DNA of 64,000 nt from an uncultured Candidatus Saccharibacteria bacterium (GTDB lineage Bacteria; Patescibacteriota; CALEFQ01), in assembly GCA_965230955.1 (NCBI GenBank), contig OZ246404.1, positions 417,184-481,183 of the forward strand, read 5' to 3'. Below, in pieces: positions 9,067 to 19,327 of this stretch. The notes under the pieces are model-generated. The model saw only the letters and a program-made list of their open reading frames with translations. It had not been told where the DNA came from and ran no database searches. How positions within the stretch are numbered: position 1 is the stretch's first letter; each line of letters begins with the position of its first letter. Position numbers and translations under genes: made by a program.

Positions 9067-10118
9067 TGTTTGATCGATTATTCGGAAAATTTTCAAAAAA
9101 TATGGGTATTGACCTCGGGACGGCCAATACCCTGGTTTATGTTCAAGGGAAGGGAATTGTTATTAATGAACCTTCGGTGGTCGCGATCAATAACAAAACC
9201 GGCCAGATTTTAGCGATCGGCAATGATGCCAAAAAAATGGTCGGGAAAACTCCCTCGCATATCGTGGCTCAGCGCCCATTGGTTCAGGGCGTTATTTCTG
9301 ATTTTGAGGTGACCGAACAAATGCTGCGTTATTTCATCGAAAAAGTTCACGCCGAAAATTTTACTTTGATTCCCCGGCCGATCGTGGTGATCGGTATCCC
9401 CTGCGGGGTGACCGAGGTGGAGAAAAGGGCGGTGGAAGACGCGGCCTTGAATGCCGGCGCGCGCAAAGCTTTTCTCATTGAAGAACCGATGGCGGCCGCC
9501 ATTGGAGCCAAATTGCCCATTCAGGATGCGGCGGGCAGCATGGTCGTGGATATCGGCGGCGGGACGACGGAAGTAGCGGTTATTTCTCTCGGCGGAATTG
9601 TAGTCAGTAAATCACTGCGAATTGCCGGCGATGTTTTGAACGAAAATATTATCCAATATGCGCGCGACGAATTTAATTTATTGTTGGGGGAACGTACGGC
9701 CGAGGAAATAAAAATTTCCGTGGGGTCGGCGCTGGAGATCGAAAATCCGCTGGAAGCGGAGATGCGCGGCCGCGATTTGGTCACCGGCTTGCCCAAAAAA
9801 GTGATGGTGACCGATGAACAAATTCGCCACGCCATGGCTCATTCCGTGCGTACACTGGTCAATAACATTAGAGGTACGATCGAAGAAACTCCGCCGGAAT
9901 TATTGGCTGATATTATGGACAAGGGAATCGTATTGGCCGGCGGCGGGGCTCTTTTGCGGGGTTTGGACAAATTAATCGAACAACAAACGGAAATTCCGGT
10001 TCACGTAGCCGATGATCCGCTGACTTGCGTGGTCCGAGGCACGGGGGTGGTGCTGGAAGATATCGAAACACTAAAAGAAGTTCTGATAGCTACCCCGTCT
10101 CATCAGGCGCCCATGTAA
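9066..10118 (+). CDS. mreB: Rod shape-determining protein MreB (second paralog), first gene of the mreBCD-PBP2 cluster
   Basis: Full-length actin-like ATPase (IDLGTANTLVYV, DIGGGTTEVAVISLGG, VLAGGGALL) directly followed by mreC and mreD. Confidence 0.9.
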   Translation: MFDRLFGKFSKNMGIDLGTANTLVYVQGKGIVINEPSVVAINNKTGQILAIGNDAKKMVGKTPSHIVAQRPLVQGVISDFEVTEQMLRYFIEKVHAENFTLIPRPIVVIGIPCGVTEVEKRAVEDAALNAGARKAFLIEEPMAAAIGAKLPIQDAAGSMVVDIGGGTTEVAVISLGGIVVSKSLRIAGDVLNENIIQYARDEFNLLLGERTAEEIKISVGSALEIENPLEAEMRGRDLVTGLPKKVMVTDEQIRHAMAHSVRTLVNNIRGTIEETPPELLADIMDKGIVLAGGGALLRGLDKLIEQQTEIPVHVADDPLTCVVRGTGVVLEDIETLKEVLIATPSHQAPM

Positions 10119-10186
10119 GTCAAAAATTAAACGTAAAAAGTTTCGATAAGCGAACTTTTGACTTTTGATTTTTGACCTTTGACTTG
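10119..10186. repeat. Intergenic palindrome built from GTCAAAA-type motifs
   Basis: GTCAAAAATTAAACGTAAAAAG...CTTTTGACTTTTGATTTTTGACCTTTGAC. Confidence 0.55.
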
Positions 10187-10188
10187 CA

Positions 10189-10995
10189 ATGCTTAAAAAA
10201 CGTTCCCCATTCCAGCTGTTTTTAATTCTCCTGATTATAGTGGTGACGTTTTTTATTTTGTACGGCGTGGGGGCGATCCAGCCCGTATTCAATGCCGGCC
10301 AGGCGATTTTTCAGCCGGTTTTGAGCGGATTTAGCTGGGTGGGAAACCGAGTCGGAAACTGGTTTTACTTCTTGGGATCGATCGGTGAAATGGATGAAAA
10401 AAATAAGGAATTGCAGACTAAAGTCGATACCTTGCTGTCCGATAACACCAAGCTAAAGGAAATGTTGCGCGAGAACGAGCTTCTGCGCCAGGAAATTGGC
10501 TTTCAATACGAGCATAAATACGACACTGTTCCCGGCGCTGTTATCGGACGCAGTACCGATCCCGGCTTGCAAACGGCGGTGATCAACGTAGGGGAGAATC
10601 GTGGGATTGCCAGAGATATGCCGGTGATCATGGGTGAAGGTTTGCTGGTGGGACGAGTGACGGAGGTAGGTTTCAATACGGCTACCGTCTTAATGTTGAA
10701 TGATCGCCAGAGCGTTGTTAATGCCGTGGTCCAGGATACTCGAGCCAGCGGCATTGTTCGGGGCAAGCACGGGCTGGAATTATTGATGGATTCCATTCCG
10801 CAAAATGAAGAAATTTCTGCCGGGCAGTCGATCATCACTTCGGGACTGGGCGGCGGTTTTCCGTCCGGCCTGTTGATCGGAGAAATCAAAGAAGTTCAAG
10901 AGTCAAGTAATGAATTGTTCAAAGAAGTGCGGCTGTTACCGGCGGTAAATTTCGATAGATTGGAAATAGTTTTCGTCCTTACGGGAACGCGCTAA
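10189..10995 (+). CDS. mreC: Rod shape-determining protein MreC
   Basis: N-terminal TM segment, a coiled-coil (ENTKLKEMLRENELLRQE), a C-terminal beta domain, and its position after mreB. Confidence 0.8.
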   Translation: MLKKRSPFQLFLILLIIVVTFFILYGVGAIQPVFNAGQAIFQPVLSGFSWVGNRVGNWFYFLGSIGEMDEKNKELQTKVDTLLSDNTKLKEMLRENELLRQEIGFQYEHKYDTVPGAVIGRSTDPGLQTAVINVGENRGIARDMPVIMGEGLLVGRVTEVGFNTATVLMLNDRQSVVNAVVQDTRASGIVRGKHGLELLMDSIPQNEEISAGQSIITSGLGGGFPSGLLIGEIKEVQESSNELFKEVRLLPAVNFDRLEIVFVLTGTR

Positions 10996-11537
10996 TGAGA
11001 ATATCAACCATGATTCCGCTGATGATTGGCGTCGTTTTGATCCAGTTTGCCTGGAGCAGTCATTGGGGCGTGGCCGGCATTTATCCTAATTTGATTTTAG
11101 TCATCTTGGTTGTGGTAACTTTGCTCTCTGGTCAGAAAGCCGGGTTGATTGGGGCTTTTATTGCCGGCTTGGCGATGATTTTTATCTCGCCCTTTCCGTT
11201 GGGGGGGCAAGCGCTGGCTTTGCTGGCGGCGATCGCGGTGAGCGGATTTTTTGCGGATCATATTTTTACCGCGGCGACTCCGGGCTCTGTTTTGATCCAG
11301 GCGGTGGTGGCGACAGTAGTTTTCGGCCTGGTCAGCTTGGGCGGAACCCATCTGGTTTTTTTGATGCGGAATTTGAATCAGGACCAATTATGGTCGGTCG
11401 AATTGGTCAGCACCATTTGGCAGATTATATACAACTTGATTTTGATCTTCGCGTTTTATAATGCGGTTGTTTTTGGTCAGCGCTGGTGGCAAGAAACTTT
11501 CCGGGGATTTAGATGGCGTAAAAGAGTCATACTCTAG
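10995..11537 (+). CDS. mreD: Rod shape-determining protein MreD (polytopic membrane protein)
   Basis: A roughly 180-aa multi-TM protein whose start overlaps the mreC stop; synteny supports the call. Confidence 0.65.
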   Translation: MRISTMIPLMIGVVLIQFAWSSHWGVAGIYPNLILVILVVVTLLSGQKAGLIGAFIAGLAMIFISPFPLGGQALALLAAIAVSGFFADHIFTAATPGSVLIQAVVATVVFGLVSLGGTHLVFLMRNLNQDQLWSVELVSTIWQIIYNLILIFAFYNAVVFGQRWWQETFRGFRWRKRVIL

Positions 11538-13501
11538 TGGATCCTTTTTCATTAAAAGTAAAAACTTCTACCCGGCGCGGAGCGCGGTGGGTTTCTGGAC
11601 GTTATCGAAAAGATCTAGAATGGCAGGAAAGTCTGATTAGCGGCGCGGCGGCCAGTCCCGATGATGAAGCTCGTTTGGAGGACGTTCCGGAACGTTCCCG
11701 ACTGACCTGGTTGATTTTTGTTGGTCTGGCCATTTTAGTTATGCTGGTAGTTCAGATTTTCAATTTACAAATCGTTGAAGGTGAAACTTATCAGCAAGCC
11801 TCGGAAATCAATCGGGTGCGCAAGTTTCCTTTGTCGGCGCCGCGCGGAGTAATGTTCGACCGCACCGGACGAAAATTGATGGAAAATGTTCCCAGTTTTG
11901 AAATTGTGTTGATCCCGGCCGATTTGTGGCGTTTGGAGCCGGAACAGCGCGAAGAATCGATCCGTAATTTGGTCGACTTGGCCGGAGTCGAGGAATCGGA
12001 CTTGCGCGAGATTATCGGCCAGAGCGGTAAAAATTCATACGAGCCGAAAATTATTCAAGAAAATACCGAGCGGGATAAAGCTTTGATCCTGGAAACAAAA
12101 AAAGAAGAACTGGCCGGGTTTCAGGTGGTCAGTGTCGCTCGCCGTAATTATTTCGATCCAATTTTTTCTCATTTGCTGGGCTATACCGGTTCGCCCGCCG
12201 AGTCTGATTTGATCGAACATCGCGGCGATGAGGCTTATGCCGGAATTGATATTGTCGGGAAAAACGGTCTAGAAGCGGTTTATGACCGGGAGTTGCGCGG
12301 TCTGCCGGGAAGTAAGCAAATAGAAGTTGATGCCACCGGCCGGGAAGAAAATTTACTGGCGATCAGGCCGCCGGTGGCCGGAAAGAATTTGGAATTATCT
12401 CTGGATTACGATCTCCAAGCGAAAACGGCTGAGAACTTGAATCATATTATCAAAGGCGCCAATTTGACCAAAGGGAGCGTAGTGGCGCTGGATCCGCGCA
12501 ACGGCGAGGTTTTAGCCATGGTGAATATGCCGGGATATGATAACAATCTTTTTGCCCAAGGGATTTCGACCGATGAATATAGCGCCTTGGCCAACGATCC
12601 CAGCCAGCCGTTATTTAATCGTTCGATTGGCGGGACTTATGCTTGCGGCTCCGTCATAAAGCCGGTGATTGGCCTGGCGGCATTGCAGGCCGGGATTATC
12701 AATGTGAATACGACGGTCGTTGATAACGGCTTTATCGAAGTTGAGAATAAATATGATCCCAATATTAAATATCGTTTCTATGGCTGGAATCGAAGCGGAC
12801 TGGGGCCGGTAAATATTTACACGGCGATTGCTTTTTCTTCCAATCCTTATTTCTATCAAATCGGCGGCGGTTACCAAGGATTTGAAGGACTGGGGCCGGA
12901 AAAAATTGCGGAATACATGACCGAATTTGGTTTTGGTGCGCCGCTTAAGATCGATTTGCCCGGGGAAGCCAAGGGATTGGTGCCGACCCCGGAATGGAAA
13001 GAAAAAACCATTGGCGAACCATGGAGCCTAGGTAATACTTATAATTTAGCGATTGGCCAGGGAGATTTCTTGACGACCCCGCTGCAAATGGCGAATGAGG
13101 TGGCGACCGTAGCCAACGGGGGAACGGTTTATCGTCCGCATTTGGCCAAAGCCTTTATTGACGAAGCCGATAACTCGCGGGAAGAAGTGGAACCGGAAGT
13201 TTTGAATAGCGGGTTTGCCTCGGCGGAGAATTTCAATATTATTCGGCGGGCGATGCGCGAAACCGTGGTCAATGAGCGCGGGACCGCTCGTTCGTTCCAG
13301 GGCTTGCCTGTGGCGGTCGCGGCCAAGACCGGGACGGCTCAGTTTCAGGGGACGTTGCTGGAACATTCTTGGTTTATCGCATTCGCGCCCTACGATAATC
13401 CGACTATCGCTATGGCGGTATTGGTTGAACAGGGCGGCAGCGGGGCCGAAGCGGCGGCGATCGTGGCGCGGGATACCTTGAGCTGGTATTTTTCAAGATG
13501 A
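11537..13501 (+). CDS. mrdA: Penicillin-binding protein 2 (elongasome class B transpeptidase)
   Basis: TM anchor and transpeptidase motifs SxxK (CGSVIKP), SxN (FSSN) and KTG (AKTGTAQ); it sits immediately downstream of mreD. Confidence 0.85.
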   Translation: MDPFSLKVKTSTRRGARWVSGRYRKDLEWQESLISGAAASPDDEARLEDVPERSRLTWLIFVGLAILVMLVVQIFNLQIVEGETYQQASEINRVRKFPLSAPRGVMFDRTGRKLMENVPSFEIVLIPADLWRLEPEQREESIRNLVDLAGVEESDLREIIGQSGKNSYEPKIIQENTERDKALILETKKEELAGFQVVSVARRNYFDPIFSHLLGYTGSPAESDLIEHRGDEAYAGIDIVGKNGLEAVYDRELRGLPGSKQIEVDATGREENLLAIRPPVAGKNLELSLDYDLQAKTAENLNHIIKGANLTKGSVVALDPRNGEVLAMVNMPGYDNNLFAQGISTDEYSALANDPSQPLFNRSIGGTYACGSVIKPVIGLAALQAGIINVNTTVVDNGFIEVENKYDPNIKYRFYGWNRSGLGPVNIYTAIAFSSNPYFYQIGGGYQGFEGLGPEKIAEYMTEFGFGAPLKIDLPGEAKGLVPTPEWKEKTIGEPWSLGNTYNLAIGQGDFLTTPLQMANEVATVANGGTVYRPHLAKAFIDEADNSREEVEPEVLNSGFASAENFNIIRRAMRETVVNERGTARSFQGLPVAVAAKTGTAQFQGTLLEHSWFIAFAPYDNPTIAMAVLVEQGGSGAEAAAIVARDTLSWYFSR

Positions 13502-13532
13502 GTCAAAAGTCAAAGTTAAAAAGTCAAAAATT

Positions 13533-14183
13533 ATGAAAGAGAGTAAGTTTGAGCAGAGAGAAAAGCCACATATCGGCGAGTTGGTTGTCGCGACGGGGAA
13601 TCCCGCTAAACTTGAACGTTATCGACGCGGCTTGACCGAGCATTTTGATGTAAAGATATCTTCTCTTCGAGACGAGTCTCTGGAAAAAGTTGAGGAGCCT
13701 TTTGATACCGCGGAGGAAAATGCTCGCCATAAGGCGCTGGAATATTTCAGGCAGTGCGGTAAACCGGTGCTGGCCGTCGACGAGGCGTTATATGTCGATT
13801 TTTTGCCGGCGGATCGTCAACCTGGCGTTCATGTTCGTCGCTTCGGGGGCGGCGAGGAATTGAGTGATGAGGTGTTGTTGTCCCGGGTCAGAGATTTAGT
13901 CGAAGCCGCGCCAGCCGAGAAGAGAACCGGTCGTTTTCATTTTGCTATTTGTTTGGCCAGGAGTGAAAAAGATTTAATTGAAATCAATTACGATAGTCCT
14001 AAGCGTTTTTCGGCTCATCCTTCGGAAAAATTTAGGGTGGGCTATCCTTTAGGACGAATGACAATAACCCCGGGATTTGATAAGCCGGATTCTGAGTTGG
14101 ATGACATTGAATATCTGCGAGCGGACAAACCTCTGATGGAAAAAGTAGCCGCGGCGATTAGACTAGCGTGGAATATCGGTTAG
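13533..14183 (+). CDS. Ham1/RdgB-family non-canonical purine NTP pyrophosphatase (likely)
   Basis: N-terminal VVATGNPAKLER matches the Ham1 ATGNxGKxxE signature; central AVDEALYVDFL region. The C-terminus is divergent. Confidence 0.5.
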   Translation: MKESKFEQREKPHIGELVVATGNPAKLERYRRGLTEHFDVKISSLRDESLEKVEEPFDTAEENARHKALEYFRQCGKPVLAVDEALYVDFLPADRQPGVHVRRFGGGEELSDEVLLSRVRDLVEAAPAEKRTGRFHFAICLARSEKDLIEINYDSPKRFSAHPSEKFRVGYPLGRMTITPGFDKPDSELDDIEYLRADKPLMEKVAAAIRLAWNIG

Positions 14184-14346
14184 GATAATTTAGACCGGCG
14201 CGCTGGGCCTGTTTTTTTTATCTTCGGCGGTCTTGCTAAATTCACAATTGTTGATATTATGAATGGTCTGGCTATTTTTATATTCAGACTTTAAGCGTTT
14301 ATAGTAGTGAAATTTGACAACGGAATCTCTAACCAGGAGGTGCAAA

Positions 14347-15843
14347 ATGATTCCACGTTATGAAGACAATAGTGTCTCGCGGTTAGCTTTGGATCGGACC
14401 AAGCTGGAGCACTGGGATCGAGTCGAGGTCGCGGTGCTGAAAGCTCGGGCGTCTCGGGGTGAAATTCCCTCGGCTATAGTCAATCGGATTGAGTCAATAT
14501 TGAAAGAGCATCCGGTTGATCATCAGTGGTGGCTGAATCGAGATGCTGAGATCAAGCATGATTTGAATGCTTATCTGGATGAACGTCTGCGCTGGTTTCC
14601 CCCAGAACTCCAGCCTTACTGGCATGCCGGCCTAACGTCTTACGACATCGAGGAACCGGCTCAATCCTTGATTCTCAAGGAAATGCTCTTACGGGTTGAG
14701 ACTGCGGTCGATGGACTCAAGCGAGTTCTGATCACGCTAGCCCAAAAACACCGGACCACTCCAATGCTGGCACGCACTCATGGACAAGAAGCCGAGTTGC
14801 AGTCATTCGGGCGGCGCTGTCTTTCCTGGCTGGCGGGCCTGAATTTATCGTCGACGCAATTGCGGTCGTCCTTCGGGTTGCTGAAATTTTCCAAATTGTC
14901 AGGCGCCATCGGAAACTACGGAGGAATCAGTCCGGAAGTCGAGAAAGTCGCACTGGAGATTCTTGATCTGAAGCCTTTTTACGGGTCGACTCAGATCATG
15001 CCGCGCCTGATTTATCAGCCCTTAGCCGATACTTTGACGAATCTGGCTTTGTGGGGACAGAAAATCGCGCAGGATATTCGCCTGGGAGCTCGTTCGCCTT
15101 TCCCAATTTTCCAGGAGCCATTTTCTAAAAGCCAAAAAGGATCATCGGCTATGCCGCACAAGAAAAACCCGATCACCACCGAACAGGTGGAAGGTCTGGC
15201 GCGTCTGGCGGTGAATTATAACTTGGCGCTGAAGCAAGGGATTGTCACCTGGGAAGAACGGGCGATCGAACAGTCATGTGTCGAGCGAGTAGCCTGGCCG
15301 GATTTATTTCACGTGGTTGTCCGGATCCTGGCAAACCTCACTCGGACACTTGCTGGCTTACAGGTCTATCCGGCCAATATGATCCGAGAAATCTTCGCCA
15401 GCGGCGGTTGCTATGCTTCGGGACAGGCCAAGGACTTCCTGAAAAACCGGGGAGAAAAATTCGGCTTAACGCACGAATCGGCTTACCGGATTGTGCAATT
15501 GGCGGCTGTCTTGGTACATCAGGCTATCGACGAAGAATTTTGCGGTACCATTCCTGAAGTCATTCAGCGATATAAGGCGACGGAGGAAAGCCGGATGCTG
15601 CCGGAGAGAGTCGTCTCTGTTGTGCGCCGTAATTTCCAATCGATCGGGGATGTTATCAGGCATCAGGAATTGAGATCAATTCCCGAACATACGGCCAGTG
15701 AAGAGGATGTCTGTGCGTGGCGTAAAATATTGGCGGCCATTTTCGATGATGTCGAAAATCAAAAAAAATGGCAGGAAATATTTTCCTACGAATTTCATCT
15801 GCGCCATGAGTCGCGAGTTTTTGTCGAAGTTATGAGAGAATGA
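14347..15843 (+). CDS. purB: Adenylosuccinate lyase (fumarate-lyase superfamily)
   Basis: Signature GSSAMPHKKNP. An AGGAGG RBS lies 8 nt upstream of the ATG at 14347, so the ORF-track start at 14314 is probably too far upstream. Confidence 0.7.
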   Translation: MIPRYEDNSVSRLALDRTKLEHWDRVEVAVLKARASRGEIPSAIVNRIESILKEHPVDHQWWLNRDAEIKHDLNAYLDERLRWFPPELQPYWHAGLTSYDIEEPAQSLILKEMLLRVETAVDGLKRVLITLAQKHRTTPMLARTHGQEAELQSFGRRCLSWLAGLNLSSTQLRSSFGLLKFSKLSGAIGNYGGISPEVEKVALEILDLKPFYGSTQIMPRLIYQPLADTLTNLALWGQKIAQDIRLGARSPFPIFQEPFSKSQKGSSAMPHKKNPITTEQVEGLARLAVNYNLALKQGIVTWEERAIEQSCVERVAWPDLFHVVVRILANLTRTLAGLQVYPANMIREIFASGGCYASGQAKDFLKNRGEKFGLTHESAYRIVQLAAVLVHQAIDEEFCGTIPEVIQRYKATEESRMLPERVVSVVRRNFQSIGDVIRHQELRSIPEHTASEEDVCAWRKILAAIFDDVENQKKWQEIFSYEFHLRHESRVFVEVMRE

Positions 15844-16061
15844 TCGGTTCGAATACTTTTGAGGCATCGCCCAGCGGTGCCTCTTTTTTGTGCAGTATTT
15901 TGAAAACCCCTGTGGATAACTTTTGACATAAAGCGTTATTTGGGGTAACCTATGAATCAGTCAGTTGAACCCGCCTGTAAGAGCGGGTCGTAATTTTTTC
16001 TAAACGCGATTTTTTCTCCGCCAGGGCGGGGGAAAGCGCATTTTTTTAACAAAAAAAGTCT

Positions 16062-16520
16062 ATGCCTAAAGTGCTAACTCCGCAGGGGTACAAAAAAATT
16101 CAGGACGAACTGGCCAATCTAAAAAAGGTTCGCATTCCCGAAATTGCCGAAAAAATTAAGCAAGCCAAAGAGCTAGGTGATCTTAGTGAAAACGCCGAAT
16201 ATCACGCGGCCAAGGAAGAGCAGGCGATTGTCAACGGGCGGATCGCCGAGATTTCCCAAATGATCAAGGGCGTGGATATCATTGACCCGGCTGCGAAAAA
16301 GGCCGGCGTCGTATCGGTCGGCTCAAAATTTTGCGTGAAAAGCGGCGATCGTGAACATATTTTCACGATTGTTGGCGCCAATGAATCCGATCCGGCTCGA
16401 GGTTTTATTTCTAATGAATCTCCGATTGGCGCGGCTATGCTCGGAAAAAAGATTGGCGAGGAAGTTGAGGTCGTATTACCAGATGCAAAGGTCAAATATA
16501 AAATCATTTCAGTCGAATAG
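16062..16520 (+). CDS. greA: Transcription elongation factor GreA
   Basis: GreA N-terminal coiled-coil with SENAEYHAAKEEQ and a C-terminal FKBP-like domain; length 152 aa. Confidence 0.85.
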   Translation: MPKVLTPQGYKKIQDELANLKKVRIPEIAEKIKQAKELGDLSENAEYHAAKEEQAIVNGRIAEISQMIKGVDIIDPAAKKAGVVSVGSKFCVKSGDREHIFTIVGANESDPARGFISNESPIGAAMLGKKIGEEVEVVLPDAKVKYKIISVE

Positions 16521-16624
16521 TTGTCCAGAAAAACCAGTTTGAACTGGTTTTTTTGATTGACATGAAAATGATTTATTGATATCTTTCGGAGATATTTCAC
16601 ATGCCATGAAAGGAGGGAGGGAAA

Positions 16625-17134
16625 ATGAAGCGTTGTCAGGTGTTGATATTTATGATTGTTTGGTGCTGGTTGGTTCCTGGTGCGTTCGGGCAAGAAAAGG
16701 AGGATCTGGGGCAGATACATTTTAATCCTCTGAAAAACGGGAAACCATGCAAAGCGGAAATTGAAGGGATCAGATACCGTAAGGGCGATGTTGCTCAGAT
16801 TACCAGTTTTGGCCTCGATGACAACAATCAGGTGCTGGTGTGTTTTCTGGGGAAGAATGGGCAGGAATGCGTTTTGCCTTTGAGCGATTTCGGAAATGCC
16901 GATCAATCTTTCGGAGTAATTATCACGAAGAAGGTTCTGTCTCCTGCTCAGAAAAGTCGGCCAGTAGAGTCGGTCGTTAAGAAGCCAAAGCGGTTGCCGA
17001 CGCCTAGCCTGACCCCGACACCGACCCCTGTACTGTCCGGTAGTCCGGGAGAGGTGTTTTACGCAAGACATCCTGATCTGGTTGGGTTCGTGATGTTGGT
17101 GATTTTTTTGCTCGTAGTTTTATTTTGCCTGTGA
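16625..17134 (+). CDS. Hypothetical secreted protein with a Thr/Pro linker and a C-terminal TM anchor
   Basis: Signal peptide, a PTPSLTPTPTPV linker and a hydrophobic C-terminus; a GGAGGG RBS precedes the start. Confidence 0.45.
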   Translation: MKRCQVLIFMIVWCWLVPGAFGQEKEDLGQIHFNPLKNGKPCKAEIEGIRYRKGDVAQITSFGLDDNNQVLVCFLGKNGQECVLPLSDFGNADQSFGVIITKKVLSPAQKSRPVESVVKKPKRLPTPSLTPTPTPVLSGSPGEVFYARHPDLVGFVMLVIFLLVVLFCL

Positions 17135-17197
17135 CTTACTCGGGCTGATCTTGCAGATCAGCCCTTTTAATTTTGGTTGCCTTTGCATTTCTTCGCC

Positions 17198-17223
17198 TGT
17201 CTTGATATAATAATCAAGACAGC
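17198..17223. promoter_or_regulatory. Perfect 10-bp inverted repeat flanking a TATAAT box upstream of lysS (putative operator overlapping the -10)
   Basis: CTGTCTTGATATAATAATCAAGACAG seen directly in sequence. Confidence 0.35.
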
Positions 17224-17252
17224 AGAGATAAAATTTGCTCAAATTTATTGTA

Positions 17253-18742
17253 TGAATGAAGAAAATTACATCATAACTGAGCGCAAAAAGAAATTGGCGG
17301 AATTGGTGGCGGCCAAGATTGATCCGTATCCCGCGCGCTGTACCCGGACACACACGGCGCAGGCCGTGTTGGCTGATTTTGACAAACTGGTTGGGCAGAA
17401 AGTGACATTGGTGGGGCGACTGATGGCAAAACGTGGTCATGGGAAATTGGCATTTTTTACTTTGCAGGATGGTTCCGGCTCGATTCAACTGCTATTGAAA
17501 TTTGATACATTGGGCGAAGCCAAATATTCGGCCGTCAAAAAACTTGATGTCGGTGATTTTTTGCAGGCGACGGGAAAAGTTTTCCAGACCCAACGCGGAG
17601 AAAAATCGATCGAGGTCGGGGATTTTACGCTTTTATCAAAATCAATCCGGCCTCTGCCGGATAAATGGCACGGCCTGCAAGATGAAGAAAAGCGTTATCG
17701 CCAGCGCTATTTGGATTTACTGCTCAATCCCGAATTACGTGATCTGTTTCGGCGCAAGGCTATTTTTTGGAATACGATTCGTGCATTTTTGTCGCAACGC
17801 GGATTTTTAGAGGTCGAAACGCCGGTGCTGGAGACGACTGTCGGCGGGGCCGATGCCAATCCTTTTGTTACCCACCATGACGCGCTGGATATGGAGGCTT
17901 ACCTGCGTATTTCCATGGGCGAATTGTGGCAGAAAAGGCTGATGATCGGCGGTTTCGAAAAAACCTTTGAGATCGGTCGGCAATTTCGCAATGAGGGTAT
18001 CAGTCCGGAACATTTGCAAGATTATACCCAGATGGAATGCTACTGGGCTTATGCCGATTATGAAGACATGATGAAAATGATCGAAGAATTATACCGCGAG
18101 GCGGCTCAAAAGACTTTCGGCAAAACGGCGTTTGAGATTCATGGTTTCACGATTGATTTGGCCCAGGCATGGCCGCGGATTGAATACGTCGCGGAAATAA
18201 AAAAACAGATGGGCCTGGATATTATGGCGGCCAGCCGAGAAGAGATTATGAAAAAATTAGACGAATTACACGAGGAATACGAGAAAAAACTTGATAAATG
18301 GCGCCTGGTTGATCAGCTCTGGAAACACTGCCGCAAAAAAATCGGCGGTCCGGCTTTTGTCATTCATCCGCCGGTGGCTTTGTCTCCCCTGGCCAAAAAA
18401 GTTTCCGGCCAGCCGGAATTGGTCCAGCGCTTTTGGGTTCTGTTGGGCGGGAGCGAGAATGGCAATGGTTATAGCGAGTTGAACGACCCGCTCGATCAGC
18501 GCCAACGTTTTGAGGCTCAGGCCAAATTGCGCGCCGCCGGTGATAAAGAAGCGCAAATGAATGATGTCGATTTCGTTGAAGCGATGGAATACGGAATGCC
18601 GCCGGTATCGGGCTTCGGCGTGTCCGAGCGATTGTTTGCTTTTCTATGTGATAAGCCGATTCGGGAGACAGTCTTGTTTCCTTTGTTGAAACCGGAAAAT
18701 TCGGCCCCGAGCGTGAAGGGAAATAAGAATAAAAAATCATGA
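17253..18742 (+). CDS. lysS: Lysine--tRNA ligase (class II)
   Basis: The N-terminus from MNEENYIITERKKKLAEL is typical of LysRS, followed by an OB-fold anticodon-binding region and the class II core (FRNEG, GGSENGNGYSELNDP). The ATG at 17253 is preferred over the ORF-track start at 17177. Confidence 0.85.
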
Positions 18743-19308
18743 AACATGGCATTACCAGGGACGAGGCTCTGGCTTTGGTCCGAGATCGGGTAAAAAATCG
18801 CAATTTGGTGCGCCACATGCTGGCGACCGAAGCTATCATGAAGTCGCTGGCGCGGAAACTGGGCGAAGATGAAATTCAATGGGGTTTGGCCGGGCTTTTA
18901 CATGACGCTGATATTGCCGATCCGGAGTGTCAAAATGATTTGAGCTTACAAGGGATCAAGATAGCCAAAGAACTTGAGGCGCGCGGCATTGATCCTGATA
19001 TCTGCGGCGCTATTCGGGCGCACAATGAAGCGACCGGCGAACCGCGAAATAGCCGGATCAAACAAGCTATTTATGCCACCGATCCTTTGACCGGTTTGAT
19101 TGTGGCTTCGGCCTTGGTTTTACCGGACAAAAAATTGAAGTCGCTGACGGTCGATTCGGTGCGTCGTCGATTTCGGGAAAAATCATTCGCCAGAGGCGCC
19201 AGGCGAGAAGCCATGCAAGAGATTACTTCCTTGGGCTTGAGCTTGGATGATTTATTCGACAATGGGCTAAAGGCCATGCAGTCTATTTCCGATGATTTGG
19301 GTTTATAG
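18739..19308 (+). CDS. HD/HDIG-domain phosphohydrolase
   Basis: H...HD motif (LLHDADIAD) and a length of about 190 aa; the start overlaps the lysS stop. Confidence 0.6.
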   Translation: MKHGITRDEALALVRDRVKNRNLVRHMLATEAIMKSLARKLGEDEIQWGLAGLLHDADIADPECQNDLSLQGIKIAKELEARGIDPDICGAIRAHNEATGEPRNSRIKQAIYATDPLTGLIVASALVLPDKKLKSLTVDSVRRRFREKSFARGARREAMQEITSLGLSLDDLFDNGLKAMQSISDDLGL

Positions 19309-19327
19309 TCACTTAAATATAAAAAGT

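Noticed and set aside
15843-15870. GGTTCGAATAC resembling a tRNA T-loop at the purB 3' end
   Set aside because: No acceptor or anticodon arms can be formed; it is the coding 3' end followed by a terminator hairpin.
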